Positions 51,899 through 60,728 of a stretch of 64,000 nt of DNA are shown here, piece by piece; the stretch's first letter is position 1, and each line of letters begins with the position of its first letter. The translations under genes and the position numbers were made by a program. Under the pieces are notes generated by a model. That model had not been told where the DNA came from, ran no database searches, and saw only the letters and a list, made by a program, of their open reading frames with translations. The stretch covers positions 62,516 through 126,515 of the forward strand of contig CAKQWM010000003.1 in the NCBI GenBank assembly GCA_934278995.1, in the 5' to 3' direction. The stretch is from an uncultured Clostridia bacterium (GTDB lineage Bacteria > Bacillota > Clostridia > Christensenellales > Borkfalkiaceae).

Positions 51899-53054
51899 AG
51901 TTCACCTCGTCGTCACCTATAACGCTCAGATAAAGTTTTAAAATTTCATCCGAAGGCTCTTTTCCGTATTTTGACAGGTAATATTCAACGAACAGTTCTT
52001 TGTCGTTTAACGTTTTTCTCCCGTATATTGCCGATTGCACGCCGTTAAAACTCAATTCAAGCGAAACCTCGGGATGTTTTTGTAAAAATTCTTTGACGTT
52101 ATCGCTGTCCGGTTTGTCAAGGGAAAGTTTAACCAAAACGTACCCGTCAAGCGACGCGATTTTTTCCTCCGCTTCCGAAATGCTTTTAGCGGCGACGGTA
52201 TGTAAAGGCTTAAAAGAAGTCAACGCCACCGAACGAAGATTTTCTACCTTCCCGCAGGTTAAATCGAATACGTAAACCGACTTTTCCGTACCCGATTCGT
52301 CGAACGAATACTGCATTATGCTTCCCGAATAAAGTATATTCCTTTCCCTGTTGACTATCTGGCGTTTATGTAAGTGTCCCAAGGCGGTATAAACGACGTT
52401 GTCGGGTATTACCGAAACGGGTAAAATTCTCGCGCCGCCTAAATCAATCGGTCGCTCGCCTTCCGTTGTTACGCCGCCCAACATAAAAACGTGCGCAAGT
52501 AAAACTACGGGCAGATCCCCTGCCTTTTCTATAGCGGCGGCAATATAACGCTTAACTTTATCCTCGTAACTCTCGTTTTCGTTTATTTTCTCTTTCATTC
52601 TGAGTTCCGTGGGATAAGATAAGCAAGCAAAACAGACGGCTTCTCCGTTTTTTTCAAAAATAAAGTAATCATCGCCGTATTTTTTAAGTTTTGTTTCAAA
52701 ATTATCGTTTAAAGCATAATCGCTGTCGAGACCTATTCCGGAAAAATAGACTCCTCCGAGCGAAGAAATCGAGTTTGACGCTGTAAGACGAAGAGGATCG
52801 TCGTGATTACCGCTTATTATAATAATCTGAGCGCCCGTTTTCGTGATATCGGAAATTGCGTCGTAAAAAAGTTTTTCCGCCTCGGACGAAGGCAAATAAG
52901 TGTCGTAAACGTCGCCGGATACGCAAACGATATCGACCGATTCTTTCTTTACGACGTCGGTGATTTCTTTCAGCACGAGCCGCTGCTCGTCTATTCTCGA
53001 CTTAGTGTCGAGTTTTTTACCAAGATGCCAATCTGAAGTATGTAAAATGCGCAT
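51888..53054 (-). CDS. sbcD: Exonuclease SbcCD, nuclease subunit SbcD
   Basis: Begins MRILHTSDWHLGK, the calcineurin-like phosphoesterase start. The ORF is 388 aa. Confidence 0.9.
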   Translation of the reverse strand: MRILHTSDWHLGKKLDTKSRIDEQRLVLKEITDVVKKESVDIVCVSGDVYDTYLPSSEAEKLFYDAISDITKTGAQIIIISGNHDDPLRLTASNSISSLGGVYFSGIGLDSDYALNDNFETKLKKYGDDYFIFEKNGEAVCFACLSYPTELRMKEKINENESYEDKVKRYIAAAIEKAGDLPVVLLAHVFMLGGVTTEGERPIDLGGARILPVSVIPDNVVYTALGHLHKRQIVNRERNILYSGSIMQYSFDESGTEKSVYVFDLTCGKVENLRSVALTSFKPLHTVAAKSISEAEEKIASLDGYVLVKLSLDKPDSDNVKEFLQKHPEVSLELSFNGVQSAIYGRKTLNDKELFVEYYLSKYGKEPSDEILKLYLSVIGDDEVNYEA

Positions 53055-53256
53055 AAAAGTATAAAAAACGGTTAAATAATATTTTCTTTTGCGCGGTCAA
53101 AAAGCAATTTATTTTTTTAACCGCTAAAAAACTTGAAAAATTCTCAAAAATCTATTAGAATATAATAGTAAAGAATTAAGTTACGAATCGTAACGCCGTA
53201 CTCATAACAATTATAACAACTAATCAAAATTTTTTCAAGTTATTTATATATTTACC

Positions 53257-54693
53257 ATGGCATTTTGTTCATTTACGAAAGAAGGCGTTAAAAATCTTTC
53301 TACTTCGGTTGACAACGCTTTCATACAGGACTATCTTTTAGAAGCAGACGGTCAAGCCGTAAAAGTGTATCTTTACGGGTTATACATTTGCAAAAATCCT
53401 ATCGAGGAATTTACTTTCACGGAGTTTTGCAAAGAACTTTTCATGGACGAAGAAACGGTTAAAGATTGTTTCAAGTATTGGGAGGATTTCGACTGCGTTT
53501 CGATTTTGTCGGACACTCCTTTTACCGTAAAATATCTTCCCCTGTCCTCAAACGGTAAACCGAGAAAATTCAAAGCGGGAAAATACGACGAATTCAATAA
53601 AGCCCTTCAGGGACTTATAACGGAAAGAATGATTTCCGTCAACGAATACGCAAGTTACTTCGGCGTTATGGAAGACTATCAGATAAAACCCGAAGCAATG
53701 CTTATGATTTGCAAATATTGCGTTGACGTAAAAGGTCCTTCTATAAGCGGTAAATACATTAACGCCGTCGCAAAAGATTTCGCCATGCGCGGAATAACCA
53801 CCGTTGACGCAATCGAAGTAGAACTTTCTGATTATTTCGATAAGAGTAACGAGATTCAAAAAGTTCTGTCTTCTCTCGGTCTTAAGCGAAAAGCCGAAAT
53901 GGACGATTTAAACTATTACAACAAGTGGATTAAGGAATTAGGTTTTGAACTTGCAATCGTAACGTTCGTCGCAAAATTATCAAAAGCGAAAAGCGTAATG
54001 AAACTCGACGAAACGTTAACGGAATTATATTCGGCTAAAGTTTTCTCGAAAGAAGAAATTCAGAATTATCTTTCCAAAAAGGCGGAAAATATCGAACTCG
54101 GCAAAAAAATCGCAAAAGAACTTTCCCTTTACGTTGAAGTTATACAGCCGGTCTTGGATAATTACCTCAATCCCTGGTTGTCGATGGGATACGATAATGA
54201 AACCCTTTTATTTATCGCAAATTACTGTTTCAGACGTCGCAAACGCTCTTTTGAAGATATGGACGATACCGTTAAGACCTTATACAAGAAAGGCTTGATT
54301 TCGCTTGTCGATATCGCGGACTACGTCAAAAGGCGCGCAAAAGACGACGAATTTATTAAAACGTTGCTCGACGAAACAGGTACTATGCGTTCACCTAACG
54401 AATGGGACAGAAAAAATTTGTCAAACTGGCGCGAATGGGGCTTTTCCGACGATATGATTTTATCCGCCGCTAAAATTTCCGGCGGCACGAACAATCCTAT
54501 GATCTATATGAATACGGTTTTGGGAAAATGGAAAACCAAAGGCATTTTCTCGACCGAAGATATTCCGAACGAACCAAAACAAAAATCTGCCGACTATACT
54601 CTCCCCGGCGTTCATTTCAAAAACGAAAGAACCTACACCAAGGAAGAACTCGACGGCTTGATTTCAAACATCGAAGATTTGGATTTCAGTTAA
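53257..54693 (+). CDS. dnaB: Replication initiation and membrane attachment protein (Firmicutes DnaB, DnaD-domain family)
   Basis: A 478-aa protein with duplicated DnaD-like (DDBH2) regions. It lies immediately upstream of dnaI, as in B. subtilis dnaB-dnaI. Confidence 0.7.
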   Translation: MAFCSFTKEGVKNLSTSVDNAFIQDYLLEADGQAVKVYLYGLYICKNPIEEFTFTEFCKELFMDEETVKDCFKYWEDFDCVSILSDTPFTVKYLPLSSNGKPRKFKAGKYDEFNKALQGLITERMISVNEYASYFGVMEDYQIKPEAMLMICKYCVDVKGPSISGKYINAVAKDFAMRGITTVDAIEVELSDYFDKSNEIQKVLSSLGLKRKAEMDDLNYYNKWIKELGFELAIVTFVAKLSKAKSVMKLDETLTELYSAKVFSKEEIQNYLSKKAENIELGKKIAKELSLYVEVIQPVLDNYLNPWLSMGYDNETLLFIANYCFRRRKRSFEDMDDTVKTLYKKGLISLVDIADYVKRRAKDDEFIKTLLDETGTMRSPNEWDRKNLSNWREWGFSDDMILSAAKISGGTNNPMIYMNTVLGKWKTKGIFSTEDIPNEPKQKSADYTLPGVHFKNERTYTKEELDGLISNIEDLDFS

Positions 54694-54694
54694 A

Positions 54695-55609
54695 ATGATT
54701 AAGTGTAACGAAATTGTTTCCGACGTAGAAAAATACTACGACACCATTAGAAGCGCGAGGGATTTTTATTTAAGCGTCGAAACGGAAAAATTATTGCAAA
54801 TTCCGAGTTATTACAATATAACCAAGGAATTATCGGAAGCCGTGTTTGATTATAACAAAGCGGTCTATTCAGGCGAGGACGAAACCGCCGATAAACTTTA
54901 CGAAAAGGTTGAAGCGTTAAAGAAAAAACGCGACGACTTTGAAGAAAAACACGGGGTAATAAGAAACTCGTTTAAATGCAAACTTTGTAAAGACACGGGC
55001 TACGACGGCGCCCGAAGGTGCGTTTGTTTTTTCGATAACGTCACTAAAAAATGTTACGAAGAATTAGGCGTATCGCCTCCCCGGCTTCACGGCTTTGACG
55101 AGGACACTTTATCTACGAAAAACGGGCTTTCTTCCACGTACGCAAAACTAAAAGTCTATGCGGAAAATTTCAGGATCGGCTCCAAAAACCTTATAATTAC
55201 GGGTAAAACCGGAACGGGTAAATCGTTTTTAGCCGAAGCAATCGCCAAAAAGGTAGCGGAAAACAAAAACGTTGCGCTGTTTTTATCTTCCGTAACGCTT
55301 AACGAAATAGCGATCGACAATATACGCTCGTCTTCGCCGTCCGCGAGAATCGACGACAAAATTTTACAAACTTGCGATCTTCTCGTTATCGACGATTTAG
55401 GCTCGGAAAAACTTCTTAACAAAATTACCGTTGAAAATCTTTATACGCTTATATCGGCAAGGCTTATCAATCAAAAACCTTTCATAATAACTACGAATTT
55501 TACAATGGACGAACTGCTTATACGCTACGGCGACAGATTATTTTCAAGATTAACAGGCAAAAATACCGTTACTCTGACGTTGAACGGAAAAGATTTAAGA
55601 AAAGCGTAA
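54695..55609 (+). CDS. dnaI: Primosomal helicase loader DnaI
   Basis: N-terminal zinc-binding module CKLCKDTGY...CVCF, and a C-terminal AAA+ IstB-like ATPase with GKTGTGKSFLAEAIA and DDLGSE. Confidence 0.85.
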   Translation: MIKCNEIVSDVEKYYDTIRSARDFYLSVETEKLLQIPSYYNITKELSEAVFDYNKAVYSGEDETADKLYEKVEALKKKRDDFEEKHGVIRNSFKCKLCKDTGYDGARRCVCFFDNVTKKCYEELGVSPPRLHGFDEDTLSTKNGLSSTYAKLKVYAENFRIGSKNLIITGKTGTGKSFLAEAIAKKVAENKNVALFLSSVTLNEIAIDNIRSSSPSARIDDKILQTCDLLVIDDLGSEKLLNKITVENLYTLISARLINQKPFIITTNFTMDELLIRYGDRLFSRLTGKNTVTLTLNGKDLRKA

Positions 55610-55631
55610 TAAACTACTTCGATAGAAACAC

Positions 55632-55665
55632 AAAAAGCGAGGCAAAACAAAATGCCTCGCTTTTT
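55632..55665. terminator. Bidirectional rho-independent terminator between dnaI and the yccF-like gene
   Basis: An 8-bp stem AGCGAGGC/GCCTCGCT is flanked by AAAAA on one side and TTTTT on the other. Confidence 0.75.
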
Positions 55666-55685
55666 AATACGCGTAGTTTTAAAAG

Positions 55686-56054
55686 TTATCTGACCGTAGC
55701 GCCGAAAGGCATTACGGATAATTTGGCAAGTTTAAAGCATTGCTTGCCGAAAGGAATACCTATAATCGTTATGCACCAGACGACGCCCGCAAGGAAGAAG
55801 CCTACGCACAATTCAAGCCCACCGAAAAGCATCCATATAACGTTTGCGACGGGGTGTTTGGAAAAATTAGTTTCAACGGTTGTTCCGAAAGGCCATACGC
55901 ACAGACGCGCAAGTTTAAAGCACTGCTTGCCGAAAGGGATTCCGATAATCGTTATACACCAGAGCAAGCCGAGCAAAAAATACGAAAGTCCGCTGACAAA
56001 ACCGCTAAAAATAAACCATAGTACATTTCCGATAGTTTTCATATTTGCCCTCAA
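55686..56054 (-). CDS. YccF-family (DUF307) membrane protein with two tandem internal repeats
   Basis: The CITIIGIPFGKQCFKLA motif occurs twice. The two half-domains are also about 85% identical at the DNA level. Confidence 0.8.
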   Translation of the reverse strand: MRANMKTIGNVLWFIFSGFVSGLSYFLLGLLWCITIIGIPFGKQCFKLARLCVWPFGTTVETNFSKHPVANVIWMLFGGLELCVGFFLAGVVWCITIIGIPFGKQCFKLAKLSVMPFGATVR

Positions 56055-56204
56055 TTTATATAATATTTGTTACGCGCCTATCTAAGCGCCTTTAACCACG
56101 ATAAAAATGAACAAAGACAACAATATTGCAACAAACGCAGGCAAAACGTGCTTAACAAAAATTTTTGAAGCCTTAGACGGTTCCTTAGACATAACTATAC
56201 CCCC

Positions 56205-57011
56205 TTATCTGATTAAATCTTGCCAATAAAAATCTTTTAAGGTTTCCCTTAAAACGTTGGTATCGACGAAACGTATGATTTTACCGCCTTTTGCGATAGA
56301 AATAATGCCGGTTTCTTCAGATACGATTATTGCCGTAACGTTAACCGTTTCGGTAAGCCCTATACCCGCGCGATGACGAGAGCCGAGGTCTTTTGATAAA
56401 TTAAATTCCTGCGCAAGCGGTAAAAAGCAACCTGCCGCCTGTATTCTCGTGTCTTTCAAAATAAGCGCGCCGTCGTGAAGAGCGGATTTCGGGAAGAAAA
56501 TACTTTCTATAAGTTGAGCCGAAATATCCGCGTTGAGATACACACCGCTCTCTAAAACACCCGCGGGAAGATTACCGTTCGACAAAATAATCAAAGCGCC
56601 GACGTCGTTTTTAGACATGTTCTGAATGGCTTTGATTATTTCCTCTATTGCGCCGTCGGCGTCAAAATTGCTGGTGCCGTCGCCGTGCTTATGTTCGCCG
56701 AATCTTCCTTGCCAGATCGTTCGTTTGATTTCCGTAGAAAACAGAACGACGACGCCGAGGTAAAAGAAAACCTGAAACAACAGCATAAGAACGCCTGCGT
56801 ATTCATAGTCTGATATAAACAGGCAAATGCCCATTACTATCGTAAAAGCAAGATAAATCCAGAATAAAGTAGCCGCGTTATTCGAAAACAAGATTTTCAC
56901 CATGAAATAGATCATAACGGCTATAGCGATAATCTGCAAAGACTCGACTATTCCGCCCTGAACCGATGAAAACGCCGAAAACGCCGTTTTTAACTTTTCC
57001 ATAACAGTCAC
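56205..57011 (-). CDS. cdaA: Diadenylate cyclase CdaA (membrane-anchored DAC domain)
   Basis: Three N-terminal transmembrane helices, then the DAC domain with DGALIL and RHRAGIGLTE. The ORF is 268 aa. Confidence 0.9.
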   Translation of the reverse strand: MTVMEKLKTAFSAFSSVQGGIVESLQIIAIAVMIYFMVKILFSNNAATLFWIYLAFTIVMGICLFISDYEYAGVLMLLFQVFFYLGVVVLFSTEIKRTIWQGRFGEHKHGDGTSNFDADGAIEEIIKAIQNMSKNDVGALIILSNGNLPAGVLESGVYLNADISAQLIESIFFPKSALHDGALILKDTRIQAAGCFLPLAQEFNLSKDLGSRHRAGIGLTETVNVTAIIVSEETGIISIAKGGKIIRFVDTNVLRETLKDFYWQDLIR

Positions 57012-57098
57012 CTTATAAAATATGTAAATCCAACAAATATAGTATCACAAAAAGTAGAAAAAATAAAGTAATTTTAACTAAAACAAATTATTTTTTGA

Positions 57099-58067
57099 TT
57101 ATTCGCACAAAACGTTGAACAAGCCTTCGTAAAAAGCGCCGTCAAAAGTGATATCACCGCTTTTAAAACCCTGCTCGCACGCGGAAAGTTTATCCATTAT
57201 TTTTTTAAGACGTTTAGGCGAAAAACTTTTCGCCTGTCTTCTCGCCATGGTAACGGCAAACGGTTTAACGCCAAGAATCTGTGATAATTCATCGTCGTTT
57301 GCGTTTGACATTACGACGAAAAACATTCGCCTGAAATGATAGTAAAGCGACGCGAACAGCATTTGCTTGTCCGAAGTCGAATTGAGTTCTTTCATAATCC
57401 GATAAGCGTCGGCGTAACTTTTGTTTGCAATAAACGAAACCATTTCATAAATCTTATAGTCGTTGGTTTTTGTAACCATTAAGTTTACGTCGTCTTCCGA
57501 AATATCCGTCTGCCCCGTTTTATACGCGATAAGTTTATCGACCTCGCCCATAATTCTCGTCATATCGTAAAGACAAAACTCTGCGATAAGTTTGCACGTC
57601 GAAGTGGAAATAATCAATCCTTCTTTGGTGCATTTCGAGCGAACGATTTTTGAAATCAAATCAATATCGCCCCTTTGACAGTCGATAACCGTCACCGAAG
57701 ACGCTTTTTTTAAGGCTTCGCATTTTTTGGTATTGCTTACTATAAGTACGGAAGTATCGAAAGGATTATCGAAATACCGTTTAAGCGTTTTATCTTTAAA
57801 GTCGGTTGAGGAAGGATACCATTCTCTTAGTAAAATCGCCCGTTTTTCACTCATAAAAGGACAACTTGATAGCAAAGAAATCAATGCGTCGGTCGATTTT
57901 GCAAAATACGAACCGTCGTACGCGACGAAATTCAACTCAGGCTCGGTTATCGACGCTTGCAAAATCAATTCAACCGCCTTATCACGGAAAAAATCCTCCT
58001 CGCCTTCGAGCAAATATATAGGGTAAATTCGTTCTTTCAAAGAACTTTTCAGACTTTCAAATTTCAT
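57099..58067 (-). CDS. holA: DNA polymerase III subunit delta
   Basis: A 322-aa protein with the N-terminus YPIYLLEGEEDFF. It overlaps the upstream comEC by 4 nt, matching the comEC-holA synteny. Confidence 0.85.
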   Translation of the reverse strand: MKFESLKSSLKERIYPIYLLEGEEDFFRDKAVELILQASITEPELNFVAYDGSYFAKSTDALISLLSSCPFMSEKRAILLREWYPSSTDFKDKTLKRYFDNPFDTSVLIVSNTKKCEALKKASSVTVIDCQRGDIDLISKIVRSKCTKEGLIISTSTCKLIAEFCLYDMTRIMGEVDKLIAYKTGQTDISEDDVNLMVTKTNDYKIYEMVSFIANKSYADAYRIMKELNSTSDKQMLFASLYYHFRRMFFVVMSNANDDELSQILGVKPFAVTMARRQAKSFSPKRLKKIMDKLSACEQGFKSGDITFDGAFYEGLFNVLCE

Positions 58068-59545
58068 AACACACCGAAAAAAGACATTACGAGAGTTGCC
58101 ATCGACATTAGCCCGAAAATAAGTTTTACGGGCTTTTTAAAATTCGTCCTCTCGCAAAAAACGAAAGCAAAAAGATAATACAAAATAATTGCGACGACGG
58201 ATATTCCCCCGCTTACGGTAAATACGCGCGAATTGATTTCGATTAAAAACGAATTCAGAAAATACGCTACGAAATACGGTATTTTAAAAGAAAAACCCAT
58301 AAACGGAAAAATTGCCGTCAAAATAGTTGTTGTAAATGAAAGCGTATATAAAACGCTTACCATAGGTACAAGCAAAACGTTCAAAAATACGACGATTAAA
58401 GAACTGTAGCCAAACATAGTAAAAAGCGCGGGCGTCATAATAAAACTGACGGCAAAACTTACCGATAACGACGAAGCGATGCTTTCGGGTAAAAAAGTAA
58501 AATAGGACTCGAAAGATTTATTGCATAAGGCTATCGAAAAGACCGCAAGATACGACAATATAAACCCGTACGAAAACAAAGTGTTCGGAAAAATCGCAAG
58601 TACGATTATAAAACTTAGGAACAAAGAATTTAAAACGTCGTATTTTCTGCCTATGTTTTTAACTAAGTTGAGCGTAATACTCATTATTACCGCTCTGACG
58701 CAAGACACGGGAAACCCGCACAACCCGGCGTATAACAAGCAAAATACAGCGCCGATTATAGTGTTTTTTACACCGTTGATTTTAAAAAGCGACAAAACGG
58801 CGCCTATAACCGACGAGAAAAACACTACGTGAAGCCCGGATACGGCAAAAATATGGCTGATGCCGGAGAGGCGGAAGTTAGATAAGGCGCTTTCGTCGAT
58901 TTTTGAAGTATCGCCGAGCAGTAACGCTACCATTATGCCACCCTCGTCGCCGCCGACGTTTGTTAAAATAAGATTTTTAACAAAACCGGAAGCCACGTAA
59001 AACGGATTAACAGGCGCGGTAGCCGACAAAACGGTTACATTTGTTATTTTCAAGGAGGTTTTCGAGGAATAATTCGCAATCGAAAAGGGTAAAAATTTTA
59101 TATCGCCTTTCAGCCTGATAATATCACCGCAATTAAAAGTTGCGTTATCCGTATAGAAACAAGCGTTGCCGTACGCGCCTTCGTTACCTGTTTTCAGATC
59201 GGAAAGGGTAATTCTGAAGTTTCCCGACGAAGCTGTAGCAACGTCTGAAACCGTGCCGTTTATAATAAGCGATTCCCCTGCCCGTAAAGCGTCGTCGTTA
59301 TAAAGAAAAATATTATATACGGTGTACAACGCGCCCGAAATAAAAAATAACGAGATAACTATTGCTTCGATCTTAAATTTTTTAAGCGGTTTGAAAAGAA
59401 AACAAAGTAAACAAAATAAAGCGCACAACGCCGAAATAACGTACAGCAAAACCGAAACGCCGCCGTAAAGCGCCGTAACGATCATTCCTGTCGCCAAGGA
59501 AAAGGCGCAGAAAACTATCGGTCTGTTGTTAAGGATTCTTCTCAT
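58064..59545 (-). CDS. comEC: ComEC/Rec2 DNA-uptake channel (DUF4131 plus Competence domain) lacking the C-terminal MBL domain
   Basis: An N-terminal OB-like DUF4131 region is followed by a polytopic Competence domain containing SGLHV. The protein ends after the last transmembrane helix at 493 aa, against about 750 aa for full-length ComEC. Confidence 0.8.
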   Translation of the reverse strand: MRRILNNRPIVFCAFSLATGMIVTALYGGVSVLLYVISALCALFCLLCFLFKPLKKFKIEAIVISLFFISGALYTVYNIFLYNDDALRAGESLIINGTVSDVATASSGNFRITLSDLKTGNEGAYGNACFYTDNATFNCGDIIRLKGDIKFLPFSIANYSSKTSLKITNVTVLSATAPVNPFYVASGFVKNLILTNVGGDEGGIMVALLLGDTSKIDESALSNFRLSGISHIFAVSGLHVVFFSSVIGAVLSLFKINGVKNTIIGAVFCLLYAGLCGFPVSCVRAVIMSITLNLVKNIGRKYDVLNSLFLSFIIVLAIFPNTLFSYGFILSYLAVFSIALCNKSFESYFTFLPESIASSLSVSFAVSFIMTPALFTMFGYSSLIVVFLNVLLVPMVSVLYTLSFTTTILTAIFPFMGFSFKIPYFVAYFLNSFLIEINSRVFTVSGGISVVAIILYYLFAFVFCERTNFKKPVKLIFGLMSMATLVMSFFGVL

Positions 59546-59683
59546 AACTTACAATACAAGAAGTTTAAACTTGCCTGCGAGATTTTTTAACTTCGCGTTT
59601 TTTCGGAAAAGTTTTGAAGATTTTCGAGAAAAAACGGGCGTTTGTTCAAAAATCCCCAACCGAGAGGCAAAAAGTTTCACTTC

Positions 59684-60403
59684 TTATAATTCATATCTTT
59701 GGTATAAACACGGCTCTACTCTGTCGCACGCCGATTTTGCTTCGTAAATCAGGTCGCCTTTTGAAATAGTCGGTTTGAAATGGGAAATCAGAGCCTTTTT
59801 GATACGGCATTTTTCTGAAATCAGCCCGACGTGTTCAGCCGATAACAAGGGCTTTTCATCCGACCAGTCTTTACGCAGAAACCCGCAGTCGATAATTGCT
59901 AAATCGCAGTCGCTTAACATTTTATACAGATTATCGCATACGTTGCCGTCGGAGGTATAAGAAAATTTTTTACCTTCGCAATACATAGCGACGCCATACG
60001 TCGGAACAGGATGATTCGTTTTGTAAAATTCAATACGCAAGTCGCCGAAAATAAGCGGTTTATTATCCGAAATCGGTATATATTCAAAATAAGGACTTTT
60101 TTCGATAAGTTTTTGAAATTCCGAACCGTCATCCGGCGCGTAAACCTTTAATACTGCGTTTCTCGTCTGCAGATAATAACTTAAAACGCCTATATCGGAA
60201 ACGTGGTCGAAATGATAATGAGAAATTATTATTCCGTCGAGTTTTTCCGGTTGGATACGCTTAATAAGTTTTGCAAAAACTCCGCTTCCTATATCGAGAA
60301 GAAAGTTTTTACTACCCGCCGAAACAAGATAACCGCTCGTCGGATTATTTTCGTCGGGGTAAAGCCCGTTAGTGCCTAAAGGTTCGATATACATAAAAAG
60401 CAT
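59684..60403 (-). CDS. MBL-fold metallo-hydrolase
   Basis: Carries IISHYHFDHVSDIG, the HxHxDH motif. The ORF is 239 aa. Confidence 0.75.
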   Translation of the reverse strand: MLFMYIEPLGTNGLYPDENNPTSGYLVSAGSKNFLLDIGSGVFAKLIKRIQPEKLDGIIISHYHFDHVSDIGVLSYYLQTRNAVLKVYAPDDGSEFQKLIEKSPYFEYIPISDNKPLIFGDLRIEFYKTNHPVPTYGVAMYCEGKKFSYTSDGNVCDNLYKMLSDCDLAIIDCGFLRKDWSDEKPLLSAEHVGLISEKCRIKKALISHFKPTISKGDLIYEAKSACDRVEPCLYQRYEL

Positions 60404-60458
60404 CCTCGGTTTGCTTGCAAAAAAATGAAAAATGTAAAAATAAAAAATCGATTTTTAG

Positions 60459-60487
60459 TTGCATAACGCAACGATATATGCTAAAAT
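60459..60487 (+). promoter_or_regulatory. Sigma-A promoter of the orphan RNA
   Basis: TTGCAT, a 17-nt spacer, then TAAAAT. Confidence 0.6.
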
Positions 60488-60493
60488 AAAATT

Positions 60494-60728
60494 GTAAAAA
60501 AGTTTTCTACTGTGTGCGAGGTAAGGTTATATTCTCTCCGCAATCACTAAAAAGGGAATCGGAGTCCTATCGGTTATGTAAAACTCTCAGCCATTGTCTT
60601 AGGTGCAGGTTGATTTAACGGAGTAACAGATACCCCTCGGCTTGATACCCACCTGCAATTAAGCGGGTTGATTTTTACCTTATACGGCACGTGTGGGGGC
60701 GACGGCAAAAGCCGTCGCTTTTTTTTAT
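60494..60728 (+). ncRNA. Candidate structured small RNA, about 205 nt plus terminator. The family is unassigned; 6S-like is one possibility.
   Basis: The region has its own promoter and a strong intrinsic terminator (GGCGACGGC aaaa GCCGTCGC plus T8) with no downstream + strand gene. No ORF of 60 aa or more is present. Long-range complementarity links the 5' segment TAAGGT...CCGC to the 3' segment GCGG...ACCTTA. An internal stem TGCAGGT/ACCTGCA is also present. Confidence 0.5.

Noticed and set aside
60494-60728. Assignment of the orphan RNA to SRP RNA, tmRNA or RNase P RNA
   Set aside because: There is no GGAAGCAGCC-type domain IV, no GGGG...CCACCA ends with a tag ORF, and no RNase P P4 motifs. 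The family is left open.
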